A stretch of 64,000 nucleotides of DNA from Longimicrobiales bacterium. GTDB lineage: Bacteria > Gemmatimonadota > Gemmatimonadetes > Longimicrobiales > Gaopeijiaceae. Positions 29,583 to 40,324 of the stretch are shown here, in pieces (positions within the stretch are counted from its first letter, which is position 1; each line of letters begins with the position of its first letter). Position numbers and translations under genes: made by a program. The stretch is taken from the NCBI GenBank assembly GCA_965198065.1, contig CBDAON010000004.1, forward strand, positions 2,208,001-2,272,000, written 5' to 3'. The notes under the pieces are model-generated. The model saw only the letters and a list, made by a program, of their open reading frames with translations, was not told the DNA's origin and made no database searches.

Positions 29583-30829
29583 GCCTCTCCCCCCACGGCG
29601 GCCCGCTCCCGCCTCCCCCCCGAGCCGGACAGCTCCTCGATGCGATCCACGAGGAACCGGCTCAGGGGAAAGGCGCAGGTGAAGGCCGGAGACACGGCGT
29701 TCAGCACGTGGAAGGAGCGGGCATCCCCCGCCCACCGGAAGTCCGTGTCGAGCCGGCGAGCCCGCACGTCCAAGAGCTGCGCCCGGATGCCGGCCCGGCC
29801 CCAGCGGCGGTAGCGGGATCGGTGGATCCCCGAGGCGAGATTGGCGGCCATGGACACCAGTCGCCGCCGGGAGTATTTCCGGATCTCCTCCCATGCGATC
29901 CGGCGGAACCCGAAGGCGTCGCTCAGGAGAAGGCCCGCTTCCCGCCACAGGATCTCGCCGCACTCCCCGGCGCGGAATCCAGCCAGGCCGCCGTACTGCT
30001 CCCGCCAGAAGGCCGGCACGGCGGTGGGACCGAGCTTGGCTCGACCGTTCACGGCCACGGTGATGTGCACGCCGAGGAAGGGGTTGCGGAGGTTCGGAAC
30101 GGGATAGAGGTGGGTGCGGAACCGCTCGCCCTCCTCTCCCAGGAGGTACAGCCCCTTGAAGGGGAGGAGCCGGTAGTCCAGGCCGTGCCCGAAGCCGTGG
30201 GCGACCCGGTCGGCGTAGAGCCCCGCGGCGTTCACCACATAGCCTGGTGAGATCCATCCGCGTGAGGTGGCGATGCCGCCCCTCGCCGGTTCGAGGTATC
30301 GTGTGTCGGTCTGGACCGCGATCCCGGCCGCCTTCGCGTCCTCGGCCAAGGCGGCCACGACGGCCGGGGCGTCCACCGAGCTGGTCGTGGGGGACCAGAG
30401 GGCGCGCCCGTGCGTGCGGGCCCTGGGCTCGATGCGCCGGGCGTCCGCCTCGGAGACCATCTCCACCTCGACCCCGTTGGCCCGTCCGCGCTGAAGAAGT
30501 TCGTCCAGCGCTCCGAGCTCGGCGTCGTTCCGCGCGATCACGAGCTTGCCGCAGCGGTTGATTGCCAGCCCCCGATCCTGGCAGTAGATCGTGAGCTCCC
30601 GGTTACCGTCCCGGCAGAAGCGGGCCTTCAAGCTCTCGGCCGAGTAGTAGAAGCCGGCGTGGAGCACGCCGGAGTTGCGCCCTGAGGCGTGGAGGCCCAG
30701 CCGCTGCTCCTTCTCGAGGAGGAGCACGCGGGCGGAGCCCTGGCGCCGCTTGATCTCGAGGGCGAGCGTCAGGCCGAGGATCCCGCCGCCGATGACGGCG
30801 AAGTCCGGGGTTCGGTCGGGTCCGCTCAT
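29579..30829 (-). CDS. FAD-dependent oxidoreductase, L-2-hydroxyglutarate oxidase (LhgO) family
   Basis: IGGGILG, HASGRNSGVLHAGFYY...SLKA, YPVP....PFLGVH, AGIRAQ, NAVSPAFT. Confidence 0.85.
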   Translation of the reverse strand: MSGPDRTPDFAVIGGGILGLTLALEIKRRQGSARVLLLEKEQRLGLHASGRNSGVLHAGFYYSAESLKARFCRDGNRELTIYCQDRGLAINRCGKLVIARNDAELGALDELLQRGRANGVEVEMVSEADARRIEPRARTHGRALWSPTTSSVDAPAVVAALAEDAKAAGIAVQTDTRYLEPARGGIATSRGWISPGYVVNAAGLYADRVAHGFGHGLDYRLLPFKGLYLLGEEGERFRTHLYPVPNLRNPFLGVHITVAVNGRAKLGPTAVPAFWREQYGGLAGFRAGECGEILWREAGLLLSDAFGFRRIAWEEIRKYSRRRLVSMAANLASGIHRSRYRRWGRAGIRAQLLDVRARRLDTDFRWAGDARSFHVLNAVSPAFTCAFPLSRFLVDRIEELSGSGGRRERAAVGGEA

Positions 30830-30881
30830 GGAGTGGAGAACATAAGGCCGACGGATGGACAATGGTTAGGAGCGGCGGAGC

Positions 30882-32051
30882 GTGACGGCCCCTGGCGGCG
30901 CCGGCGCTGGGCGGCGGCCCCGGATCCTCCACGTGGTGGGGGCCCGGCCGAACCTCGTGAAGATCGCTCCGCTCCTCAGGACGCTGGAGCGGGAGGGCTG
31001 GTCCGAAAACGTCCTGGTGCACACGGGGCAGCACTACGACGACGGGATGTCGGGGGCGCACTTCCGGGATCTGGGGCTCAGGCCTCCGGACGTAAACCTG
31101 GGGGTGGGCTCCGGCACCCATGCGCAGCAGACGGCCGCCGCGCTCATCAGCCTGGAAGAGGTGATCGAGGGGCGCTCCCCGGATCTCGTCGTCGTCGTGG
31201 GGGACGTGAAATCGACGCTCGCGGGGGCCCTCACGGCCGTGAAGCTCGGCGTTCCGGTGGCGCACTTGGAGGCGGGGCTCAGGAGCGGGGATCGCTCCAT
31301 GCCGGAGGAGATCAACCGGATCGTGACCGACCAGGTCGCCGCGCTCCTCCTCACCCCGAGCCGCGACGCAGACGCGAACCTCAGGGCCGAGGGGATCCCG
31401 GAATCGAGGATCCGCTTCGTCGGGAACATCATGATCGACTCCCTGAACGAGCACCTCGATCGGGCGCGGGCGATCGATCTCTCCCGGATCCTGGGCGTAC
31501 CGCCCGGCACCAAGACCGTCGGCGAAGGCTCCGCGGCTCCTCAGGCCCGGTACGCGCTCGTGACCCTGCATCGGCCGTCCAATGTGGACGAGCCGGACGT
31601 GCTCCGCGAGATCGTCTCCGCGCTGGTCGAGCTTGCGCGGGAGCTGCCGGTGGTCTTCCCCGTCCATCCGCGAACCAGAGCGCGGATGGCGGAGTTGGGC
31701 CTCGAGGTGACGGGGGTCCGAACCCTCGACCCCGTGGGGTACCGGGAGATGCTGGCCCTCGAGGCCCGTGCCGCGGTAGTGCTCACCGATTCCGGTGGCG
31801 TCCAGGAGGAAACGACCGTGCTGGGCGTCCCGTGCGTCACCCTTCGGGACTCGACCGAGCGGCCCGTCACCGTGACCCACGGCACGAACCGGCTTGTGCC
31901 GGACCGGAGCCGCGAAGCGATCCTCCGGGCCACGCGGGACGCGCTCGGCGGGCCCCCGCGGCGAGACGGTCCGCCGGAGGGGTGAGACGGGCGGGTAGCC
32001 GGGAGGGCCTCGGAGGCGCTCCCGGCCTTCCTGGAGCGGCCCCTGTCCTAG
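30882..32051 (+). pseudogene. wecB: UDP-N-acetylglucosamine 2-epimerase with premature TGA (31983) at the conserved C-terminal WDG
   Basis: VGARPN, VHTGQHYD, AHLEAGLRS...MPEEINR, TLHRPSNVD, TDSGGVQEE; PPEG*DGR then open to TAG 32049-51. Confidence 0.85.
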
Positions 32052-32189
32052 GCGTTCCGTGTCGCCTCTCCCGCGCTTGCCCCACCGGGGGGGCGTCCGC
32101 ATCCTTACGCGCCGCGGGCGTGGAGACACGCCCCGCGCCTCCGGGAGCGAGGTTCACGGGATACGAGATCCTCATCGCCCAGGGAGATC

Positions 32190-33158
32190 ATGCCGCGGAC
32201 GACGCTCGTCACGGGAGGTGCCGGCTTCATCGGCTCCCACCTCGTCGAATCCCTCCTCCGGCAGGGAGAGGACGTATTCGTCCTGGACGACCTCTCGACG
32301 GGACGGATCGATAATCTGGCGGCCGTACGGACGCATCCCCGGCTGCACGTGATCGTGGATTCGATCATGAACTGGCCCGTCATGCACGACGTGGCGGCCT
32401 CGGTGGACCGCGTGATCCACTTGGCGGCGGCGGTCGGAGTGCGGAAGATCATGGACGAGCCGGTCGCGACCATCACGACCAACGTGCGGGGCACGGAGAT
32501 CGTCCTCGACATCTGTCACCGCATGAACCTGCCCCTCTTCGTGGCCTCCACCTCGGAGATCTACGGCAAGGCCGGGGTCGCGCTCCACGAGGACCACGAT
32601 CGCATCATGGGCTCCACCACGCTCCGCCGCTGGGCATACGCCTGCACGAAGGCGCTGGACGAGTTCCTCGCCCTCGCCTATCACCAGGAGAGAGAGCTCC
32701 CGGTGGTGATCGGTCGTTTCTTCAACACCGTGGGACCGAGGCAGAGGGGCCGCTGGGGGATGGTGCTCCCCACCTTCGTGGGTCAGGCGTTGAAGGGCGA
32801 GCCGGTGACCGTGTACGGCACGGGCCAGCAGCGACGCTCCTTTATCCACGTGGCCGACGCGGTCCGTGCCGTCGAGGGGCTGATGGAGAAGGAGGAGGCC
32901 CTCGGACAGGTCTTCAACATCGGACGCGAAGAGGAGCTCTCCATCCTCGGGCTGGCCGAGCGCGTGATCGAACGGACCGGCTCGAGCTCGCCGATCCGGC
33001 TCGTCCAGTACGCCGAGGCATACGGAGAGGGATTCGAGGACATGGAGCGCCGCCAGCCTGACACAGAGAAGCTCGGGAGGCTCATGGATTGGTCCCCCGA
33101 GCGAGGAGTGGACGAGATGATCGATCAGGTCGCGGAGGACCTGCGCACCCGGGCCTAA
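32190..33158 (+). CDS. NAD-dependent nucleotide-sugar epimerase/dehydratase
   Basis: TGGAGFIGSHL, HLAAAVGV, ASTSEIYGK, RWAYACTK, RFFNTVGPRQ. Confidence 0.92.
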   Translation: MPRTTLVTGGAGFIGSHLVESLLRQGEDVFVLDDLSTGRIDNLAAVRTHPRLHVIVDSIMNWPVMHDVAASVDRVIHLAAAVGVRKIMDEPVATITTNVRGTEIVLDICHRMNLPLFVASTSEIYGKAGVALHEDHDRIMGSTTLRRWAYACTKALDEFLALAYHQERELPVVIGRFFNTVGPRQRGRWGMVLPTFVGQALKGEPVTVYGTGQQRRSFIHVADAVRAVEGLMEKEEALGQVFNIGREEELSILGLAERVIERTGSSSPIRLVQYAEAYGEGFEDMERRQPDTEKLGRLMDWSPERGVDEMIDQVAEDLRTRA

Positions 33159-33175
33159 CAACCTGCAGCAGCTGA

Positions 33176-34666
33176 ATGGGGAATCCCGTTCTATTCACGC
33201 TCCTCCTGGGAGCCGCGGCGTTCGTCGTCGCGTTCGTCCTTACCCCGCTCATCCGAGGCTTCGCGTTGAGCCAGGCGGTCGTGGATCCCGTACGCGACGA
33301 TCGCTGGAGCCGGAGCCCCACGCCTCGCCTCGGGGGGCTCGCGATCTTCGGGGGCTTCGCCGTCGCGGCCGGGATCGGGATCGCGCTCAGGCGGGGCGCC
33401 GTCGCCCTCGAGGTCGAGGGCATCCCACCCTGGGGCGGTTGGTCGGCCGAGGAGGCGATCGTGCTCGCGGGATTCGTCATGTTCGTCACGGGGCTCGCGG
33501 ACGACCGCCGCGCCCTCGCCCCGGCGGCGAAGCTTCTCCCCCAGTTGGTCGCCGCCGTCGTGCTGATCGCGAGCGGCGTGATGCTCCGGCTGACGGGCGT
33601 GTTCGCCCTGGACGTCACGCTCTCGATCTTTTGGTTCGTCGGGATCACGAACGCGCTCAACCTGCTCGACAACATGGATGGGCTGGCGGGCGGGATCGCG
33701 GTCATCTGCGCCATTTTCCTGGGGGCGATCTTCCTGGCCGACGGCCGGGTCGATCTCGCCCTGTTCGCGCTGGCGCTTGCGGGAGCGACGGGCGGGTTTC
33801 TGGTCCACAACTTCCCGCCGTCGAAGATCTTCATGGGGGACTCCGGGGCCCTGTTCCTCGGGGTCGTCCTCGCAGGACTCGCGCTCTCGCCCGTGCCCGG
33901 GGGGAGCCGTGGGGTGCTCGCGGTCCTGGCCGTTCCAGCGTCCCTCCTTGCGATCCCGATCCTGGACACGACGCTCGTGACGGCGGCTCGCGTGCTCGAG
34001 GGCCGCTCCGTGGCGCAAGGGGGGCGGGACCACACGTCCCACCGGCTCGTGGCGCTCGGGGTTCCGGAGCCCCGCGCAGTCCTCTTCCTCTGGTCGCTCG
34101 CGGCTCTCGGGGGCGCCGTCGCGTTCTTCCTCCAGGGGGAGGGACGCACGGTCACGCTGCTCGTCGGGGGTGGGTTCCTCGTCGTCCTCGTGCTCGTCGG
34201 GGCCCGCTTGCTCCAGGTCACGCTCCCGCACCACCTGATCGGACGGTCGGACGCGGAGGCCCAGTTCCGCCGGGCGCTCCTCTGGGGCCGGGTGCGCCCG
34301 GTCTTCCTCATCGTGCTAGACGTGCTCGTGGTGGTGCTGGCGTACTACGCCGCATATCTGATCCGATGGCGGCCGCCGGAGCTCGTGGCCGAGCTCGAGT
34401 ACTTCCAGCGATCGCTCCCGCTGGTCGTGGGAGCCAAGCTCCTGGGGTTCGGTCTGGCGGGTCTCTACGACCGGAAGGGCATCCTGGACGATCCCCGCCT
34501 CCTCTTCCGGGCGAGCACCGTAGGGTCCCTCGCGGCCGCGGCGGTTCTCCTGCTCGTGGCCGGGTTCGGGCTCTCCCGTGGGGTCCTCCTCCTCGACTTC
34601 TTCTTCTGCACGCTCCTCGCCGGAGCCGTGAGACTCGCCCCTGGATTTCGGATGGCGGAGGTGTGA
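33176..34666 (+). CDS. MraY/WecA-family polyprenyl-phosphate HexNAc-1-phosphate transferase with C-terminal membrane extension
   Basis: TPRLGGLAIF, GLADD, NALNLLDNMDGL, KIFMGDSG, PILDT, DHTSHRL. Confidence 0.9.
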   Translation: MGNPVLFTLLLGAAAFVVAFVLTPLIRGFALSQAVVDPVRDDRWSRSPTPRLGGLAIFGGFAVAAGIGIALRRGAVALEVEGIPPWGGWSAEEAIVLAGFVMFVTGLADDRRALAPAAKLLPQLVAAVVLIASGVMLRLTGVFALDVTLSIFWFVGITNALNLLDNMDGLAGGIAVICAIFLGAIFLADGRVDLALFALALAGATGGFLVHNFPPSKIFMGDSGALFLGVVLAGLALSPVPGGSRGVLAVLAVPASLLAIPILDTTLVTAARVLEGRSVAQGGRDHTSHRLVALGVPEPRAVLFLWSLAALGGAVAFFLQGEGRTVTLLVGGGFLVVLVLVGARLLQVTLPHHLIGRSDAEAQFRRALLWGRVRPVFLIVLDVLVVVLAYYAAYLIRWRPPELVAELEYFQRSLPLVVGAKLLGFGLAGLYDRKGILDDPRLLFRASTVGSLAAAAVLLLVAGFGLSRGVLLLDFFFCTLLAGAVRLAPGFRMAEV

Positions 34667-34745
34667 CGGCCTTGTCTTCGTACTCCGCGTCGTTTCAATT
34701 CACTGGTTTCCCCGAGTGGCGATCCCTGCCAGAGCGGAACGCTCC

Positions 34746-36779
34746 ATGATGAACGGGAACGGGACCGACGGAGCCTACGGGCGGGGCGGACGCGGCCTCT
34801 TCCGTCCCTTCATCGAGCGCCACCGCTTCCTGGTGGCTCACACAATCTACACTGGGCTGGCGGCCTGCTCGCTGCTCGCCGCCTACTTCCTTCGCTTCGA
34901 GTTCGCGGCCCCCCCTGGCAGGTCGATGGGGCGCTCCTCGCCCTCCCGTTTCTGCTCGTTGCCCGGTTCTTCTCGAACTGGCGCTGGGGGCTCTCGAGCG
35001 CGCGCTGGCGCTTCGTCGGGACGCCGGAGGTCGTGCGCCTGGGCGGGGCGGTGGCCACCGGGTCGGTGGCTTTCGTGGTCGCCGTCTACGCGCTTCCGTT
35101 CGCGCCCGCGGTACCCCGGTCGATCTTCCTGATCGAGGCCGCGCTCACCACCCTGGGCATCGCCGGCGTCTGGCTCGTCTATCGCTTGAGCTTCGAGTCC
35201 TCGAGGCGGCACCAGAGCCGCGGGGGCGCGGCGCCACGGCGCGTGATCATAGTCGGGGCGGGGGAGGCCGGGAGCCTCCTGACCCGGGAGATGGTGCGCC
35301 GGGATCACGGATACCGGGTTGTGGGCTTCGTGGACGACGACCCCCTAAAGTGGGGCACGCGGATCCAGGGGATCGAGGTCGTGGGGAGCACGGACGACCT
35401 CGCGGAGATCGTGCGCCACCTGGGTGCACACGAGGTCATCATCGTGATCCCGTCGGCGGGCCCGGAAGCCCTCCGGAGAATCGTCGAGCGGTGCCAGGGG
35501 ATTTACGTGCCGTTCAAGGTGCTTCCGGGGATTGGGGAGGTGTTCGCGGGCGACGTGGGTCCGGGACGGGTGCGGGAGCTCCGGATCGAGGACCTTCTCG
35601 GCCGGTACCCGATCTCGCTGGCTCTCCCCGAGCTCGGGGCCGACCTCGGGGGCAAGACGGTCCTGGTGACGGGCGCGGCGGGCTCGATCGGCTCCGAGCT
35701 GGCCCGGCAGATCGCCGTGAACCGCCCCGGGGAGCTCATCCTCCTCGACGTCGCGGAGAGCGCGCTCTTCTTCATCGAGCGGGAGATCCGGGAAGAGCAT
35801 CCGAACCTTGCGGTACGAGCCTTGGTGGGGAACATCCTCGATCGGTCCCTCATGGACGGGCTGTTCGGCGCGCACGGGGTGCAGCGGGTGTACCACGCGG
35901 CCGCGTTCAAGCACGTACCGCTCATGCAGATGAACGTCCGCGCGGCCGTCATGAACAACGTGCTCGGCACCTGGCGCGTCGCGGAGGCGGCGGGACGGTA
36001 CGGCACGGGGAAGTTCGTCCTCATCTCGACCGACAAGGCCGTGCGTCCGGCGAGCGTCATGGGGATTACGAAGCGTCTGGCCGAGCTGGTGGTGACGTCG
36101 TGCCAGGAGCAGTTCTCGGGGACTGATTTCATGGCCGTGCGGTTCGGGAACGTGCTTGGGTCGGCCTGCAGCGTCGTGCCCATCTTCCAACGGCAGCTCC
36201 GGGAGGGGAAGCCGCTCACGGTGACCCATCCCGAGGTGACCCGCTACTTCATGACGATCCCGGAAGCGGTCCAGCTGGTGCTCCAGGCCTCGCTCCTGCC
36301 TGGCGCGGCCGGGAAGGTTGCCATGCTCGAGATGGGCGCCCCGGTCCGGATTGTGGACCTCGCCAGGAACATGATCCGCCTCTCGGGAAAGCGGCCGGAC
36401 GTGGACGTTCCCATCGTGTACACGGGGCTCCGCCCCGGCGAGAAGCTTCACGAGGAGCTCTGCTCGCCGGAGGAGGACACCAAGGCGAACCTCCGTGGGG
36501 AAGGTCCTGCTGGTGAGCACGCGGAACGGATCCGTCGGGCGGTCCGCGGCGGCGATCCTCTCCGCGATCGTTCTCGAGGTGGAAGAGTGGTGGAGGGACG
36601 GGGCGCCGGGCGGCGCGGAGCAGCGGCTCGAACGGCTCGACCGCTTCTACCGGAGGCTCACGGAGCCCTCGGCGCCGGGCGAGGGTCCGATCCTCACGGC
36701 CATGCCCAGTGAGACAGTTCGGACCATCACGCACGCGCAGGAGCGCGGGCGAGCGGAGAGGAAGGAAGCATCGGCTTGA
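34746..36779 (+). pseudogene. CapD/PglF/WbpM-like membrane nucleotide-sugar 4,6-dehydratase, frameshifted near 34910 and 36490
   Basis: IVGAGEAG, GFVDDD, IEDLLGR, TGAAGSIGSEL, HAAAFKHVP, ISTDKAV, RFGNVLGS, GLRPGEKLHEEL. Confidence 0.88.
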
Positions 36780-38527
36780 CCCTCGCCGCGCTCTTCACCC
36801 TCGCCGTGATCGCGGGCACGCTGATCGCGACGGCGAGGGACCTCCTCCCCCCGCCCGCGGCGATTCTCGGAGCCGTGGTGCTCCTCCTTCTGGTGGGCGT
36901 GATCACGCCCGCCGACGCCTTCGCGGGCTTCTCCAACCCGGCGCCCATCACGGTCGCGGCGCTCTACGTCGTGGCGGGGGCGGTGGAGAGGGCCGGGGCG
37001 TTACAGCCGCTCGTGCGCCGCATGCTCGGAGGCCGTGGCGGCACCCGGAGCGCGCTCGCCCGGCTTCTCCTCCCGGCCGCGGGGGCGTCCGCGTTCCTGA
37101 ACAACACGCCTATTGTGGCCATGCTGTCTCCCCAGGTCTCGGAGTGGGCGCATCAGCGCGGTCACCCACCCTCGTGGTACCTGATGCCGCTCTCCTTCGC
37201 CGCGATCCTGGGAGGCACGATCACCCTCGTCGGCACCTCCACGAACATCGTCGTCTCCGGGCTCATGCAGGAGGCTGGCCTGGCCCCCATCGGGATGTTC
37301 GAGATGACCCGCGTGGGGCTCCCACTCGCGATCCTGGGCATCGGCTTCATCGTGGCGTGTGCGCCATGGCTCGTTCCGACCCGCCTCGGGGCGCGCAGGG
37401 AGTTCGAGGCGGAGGCCCGGGACTTCGTCTTCCGCATGGAGGTGAAGGAGGGAGGGCCGCTTGACGGGACCTCGGTCGAGGAAGGCGGCCTGAGGCACCT
37501 TCGGGGGGTCTTCCTTGCGGAGATCGAGCGGGAGGGGGAGGTCCTGGCTCCCGCGCGGCCCGATACGACGCTTAAGGGCGGGGACCGGCTCCTGTTCGTC
37601 GGCGCCGCCGACGACGTCGTAGACCTCCAGAAGATGCGGGGCCTCCGCTCGACCGAGCACGCCCTCGACCTGACCCAGCCGGGGCATACCTTCTTCGAGG
37701 CGGTGGTGAGCGCGACCTCCCCGCTTGCGGGAAGCACGCTCAAGGACGTGGGCTTCCGAAGCCGCTACCAGGGCGCGGTCATGGCCATCCACCGCTCGGG
37801 CGACCGGATTCAGGCGAAGCTGGGAGACGTGCGGATCCGGCACGGTGACACGCTCCTCGTCCTCAGCGACGAGGGGTGGCGCGACCGCTGGCGCCACCGC
37901 CCCGACTTTCTCCTCGTGTCCCACCTCGGCGGCTCGCCTCCCGCAGGCACCCGCCGCGCCCTCTATGCCGCCGGCGTGACATTGGCCATGGTCGCGGCTG
38001 CCGGATCGGGGCTCATGTCGATGCTGAACGCCGCGCTGCTCGCGGCGATCCTGATGGTCGCGGGCCGAGCGCTCACACCTGCGGAGGCCCGCCGCTCGGT
38101 GGACCTGAACGTGATCGTCCTCATCGCGGCGTCGTTCGGGCTCGGGGCCGCGATCGATAGCTCGGGGCTCGCCGGGGTGATCGCCGCCGCGTCCGCCGCG
38201 TTCGGGCCGATCGGCATCCTGCTTGGCGTGGGAGTCGTGACGATGCTCCTGACGGAGATGATCACGAATAACGCTGCGGCGGTCCTGGTCTTTCCGGTGG
38301 CCGTTTCCACGGCGGCGGCGGCGAGCCTCGACCCGCGCCCGTTCGCGATCGTCGTCGCCTTCGCCGCGTCGGCCTCGTTCCTCACCCCGATCGGTTATCA
38401 GACGAACACAATGGTCTACGGACCGGGCGGGTACCGGTTCACGGACTACCTGCGTCTTGGCGTGCCGCTGAGCGTGGCGGTGCTCCTCGTCCTGGGCGCG
38501 CTCGTGCCGCTCTTCTGGAGCCTGTGA
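36776..38527 (+). CDS. SLC13/CitMHS-type anion (likely sulfate) permease with two TrkA-C domains
   Basis: SAFLNNTPIV, LGGTITLVGTSTN, TEMITNNAAA, SFLTPIGYQTNTMVYGPGGYRF. Confidence 0.9.
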   Translation: MTLAALFTLAVIAGTLIATARDLLPPPAAILGAVVLLLLVGVITPADAFAGFSNPAPITVAALYVVAGAVERAGALQPLVRRMLGGRGGTRSALARLLLPAAGASAFLNNTPIVAMLSPQVSEWAHQRGHPPSWYLMPLSFAAILGGTITLVGTSTNIVVSGLMQEAGLAPIGMFEMTRVGLPLAILGIGFIVACAPWLVPTRLGARREFEAEARDFVFRMEVKEGGPLDGTSVEEGGLRHLRGVFLAEIEREGEVLAPARPDTTLKGGDRLLFVGAADDVVDLQKMRGLRSTEHALDLTQPGHTFFEAVVSATSPLAGSTLKDVGFRSRYQGAVMAIHRSGDRIQAKLGDVRIRHGDTLLVLSDEGWRDRWRHRPDFLLVSHLGGSPPAGTRRALYAAGVTLAMVAAAGSGLMSMLNAALLAAILMVAGRALTPAEARRSVDLNVIVLIAASFGLGAAIDSSGLAGVIAAASAAFGPIGILLGVGVVTMLLTEMITNNAAAVLVFPVAVSTAAAASLDPRPFAIVVAFAASASFLTPIGYQTNTMVYGPGGYRFTDYLRLGVPLSVAVLLVLGALVPLFWSL

Positions 38528-38564
38528 GCCCGCGGGCCGGGCTCGGAGCCGTCCGGGTGAAGGG

Positions 38565-39405
38565 ATGACGCGGGATCCCGTAGACATGGATGGCTTGGTC
38601 GAGGTCACCGAGCGCGCCGGCGGGGAGATCCTTCGGCGATACGGCGACCCCGGGCCAGTGCAAGAGAAGGGAGATCGATCGCCCCTTACGGAAGCCGACC
38701 AGGCCTCGCACGCCCTCCTCGTTCGGGAGCTGCCGCGGCTCCTCCCCGGCGTCCCCGTCCTCTCGGAGGAGTCGGAGGCGAGGGAGGTCCGGGGCCGGTG
38801 GGACTGGCCCCGCCTCTGGATCGTGGATCCGCTCGACGGGACGAAGGAGTTCCTCAAGGGTACGGTTCACCGTGAACGTCGCGCTCGTCGACGAGGGGTT
38901 CCCGCTCCTAGGTGTGGTGCACGTTCCCGCCCAGGGGAGGAGCTACCGCGCGTCCCCGGCGCTCGGGGCCCAGGTGGCGGACGTGGACGGGCTTCGCCCG
39001 ATCCGGTCGAGAACGTTTCCTAGGGATTCCCCGGTGCTCGTCGCGAGTCGGGATCATTCGGGCCCCGGAGTGGATGCCCTGGCCGCGGCCCTGGGACCGG
39101 CCGTCCAGTTCACGAGCATGGGAAGCTCCCTTAAGTTCTGTCTCGTTGCAGAGGGGCGCGCCGATCTCTATCTGAGGGACCTTCCGACGTTGGAGTGGGA
39201 CACGGCCGCCGCTCAGAGCGTGCTCGAGCATGCGGGTGGAGCGGTGTACGGCCTTTCCCGGGACGGAGCCGGGGCGCTGGCCGGACGCTTCGACGGCTCG
39301 CGGCTCCGCTACAACAAGGATTCGCTCGAGAACCCTCCGTTCCTGGCCGTGGGCGACCCGACGGGTGCCTGGCGGGAAGGGATCGCGGAGGAGCCGAAGG
39401 CATGA
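38565..39405 (+). pseudogene. cysQ: 3'(2'),5'-bisphosphate nucleotidase, frameshifted near 38860
   Basis: KGDRSPLTEAD, VLSEE, WIVDPLDGTKEF / FTVNVALV, MGSSLKFCLVAEGRAD, EWDTAAAQ in two frames. Confidence 0.88.
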
Positions 39406-39418
39406 CGGGCTCGTTCCA

Positions 39419-40324
39419 ATGAAGAAGAAGATCCACGGGCATCTGGAGATGCTCGAGCACGAGTCCGTCTATGTCCTCCGGGAAGTCGCGGCCCAGTTCG
39501 AGCGCCCGATCCTCCTCTTTTCCGGTGGAAAGGACTCGATCATCCTGGCCTGGCTGGCGAGGAAGGCCTTCCATCCGAGCCCGGTGCCCTTCCCGTTCCT
39601 CCACATCGACACGGGGCACAACTTCCCCGAGACCCTCGAGTTCCGGGACCGCTACGCGAGGGAGTTGAGCTGCGAGCTCGTTGTACGGTACGTCCAGGAG
39701 TCGATCGACCAGGGGCGGGTGAAGGAGGAAATGGGCCCCGAGGTGAGTCGCAACGCGCTCCAAATCGTGACTCTCCTGGATGCCCTGAAGGAGCTCCAGG
39801 CCGACGCTGCCATCGGAGGGGCCCGGCGGGACGAGGAGAAGGCGCGGGCGAAGGAGCGGTTCTTCTCGCACCGGGACCGTTACGGCCAGTGGGATCCGAA
39901 GAACCAGCGCCCCGAGCTCTGGAACCTGTACAACGGTCGGAAAGACCCCGGTGAGCACTTCCGGGTGTTCCCCCTCTCCAACTGGACCGAGATGGACGTG
40001 TGGCAGTACATCCACCTCGAGGGCATCCCCATCCCCAGCCTCTACCTTGCCCACGAGCGGGACGTGGTGCGCCGGGACGGGATCTTGCTCGCCCGCACCG
40101 ACTTCATCCAGATCATTCCCGGGGACGAGGAACTCCGGCGGAGCGTTCGCTTCCGCACGATCGGGGACGCGACGTGCACGGGCGCCTTCGAATCCACGGC
40201 GACGACCATCGAGGCGGTGATTCTGGAGACCGCAGCGGCGCGGATCACGGAGCGCGGAGGGCGCGGCGACGACCGGCGCTCGGACACGTCGATGGAAGAC
40301 AGGAAGAAGGAGGGCTACTTCTGA
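39419..40324 (+). CDS. cysD: Sulfate adenylyltransferase subunit 2
   Basis: LFSGGKDS, HIDTGHNF, GGARRDEEKARAKER, WDPKNQRPELW, SMEDRKKEGYF. Confidence 0.96.
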   Translation: MKKKIHGHLEMLEHESVYVLREVAAQFERPILLFSGGKDSIILAWLARKAFHPSPVPFPFLHIDTGHNFPETLEFRDRYARELSCELVVRYVQESIDQGRVKEEMGPEVSRNALQIVTLLDALKELQADAAIGGARRDEEKARAKERFFSHRDRYGQWDPKNQRPELWNLYNGRKDPGEHFRVFPLSNWTEMDVWQYIHLEGIPIPSLYLAHERDVVRRDGILLARTDFIQIIPGDEELRRSVRFRTIGDATCTGAFESTATTIEAVILETAAARITERGGRGDDRRSDTSMEDRKKEGYF

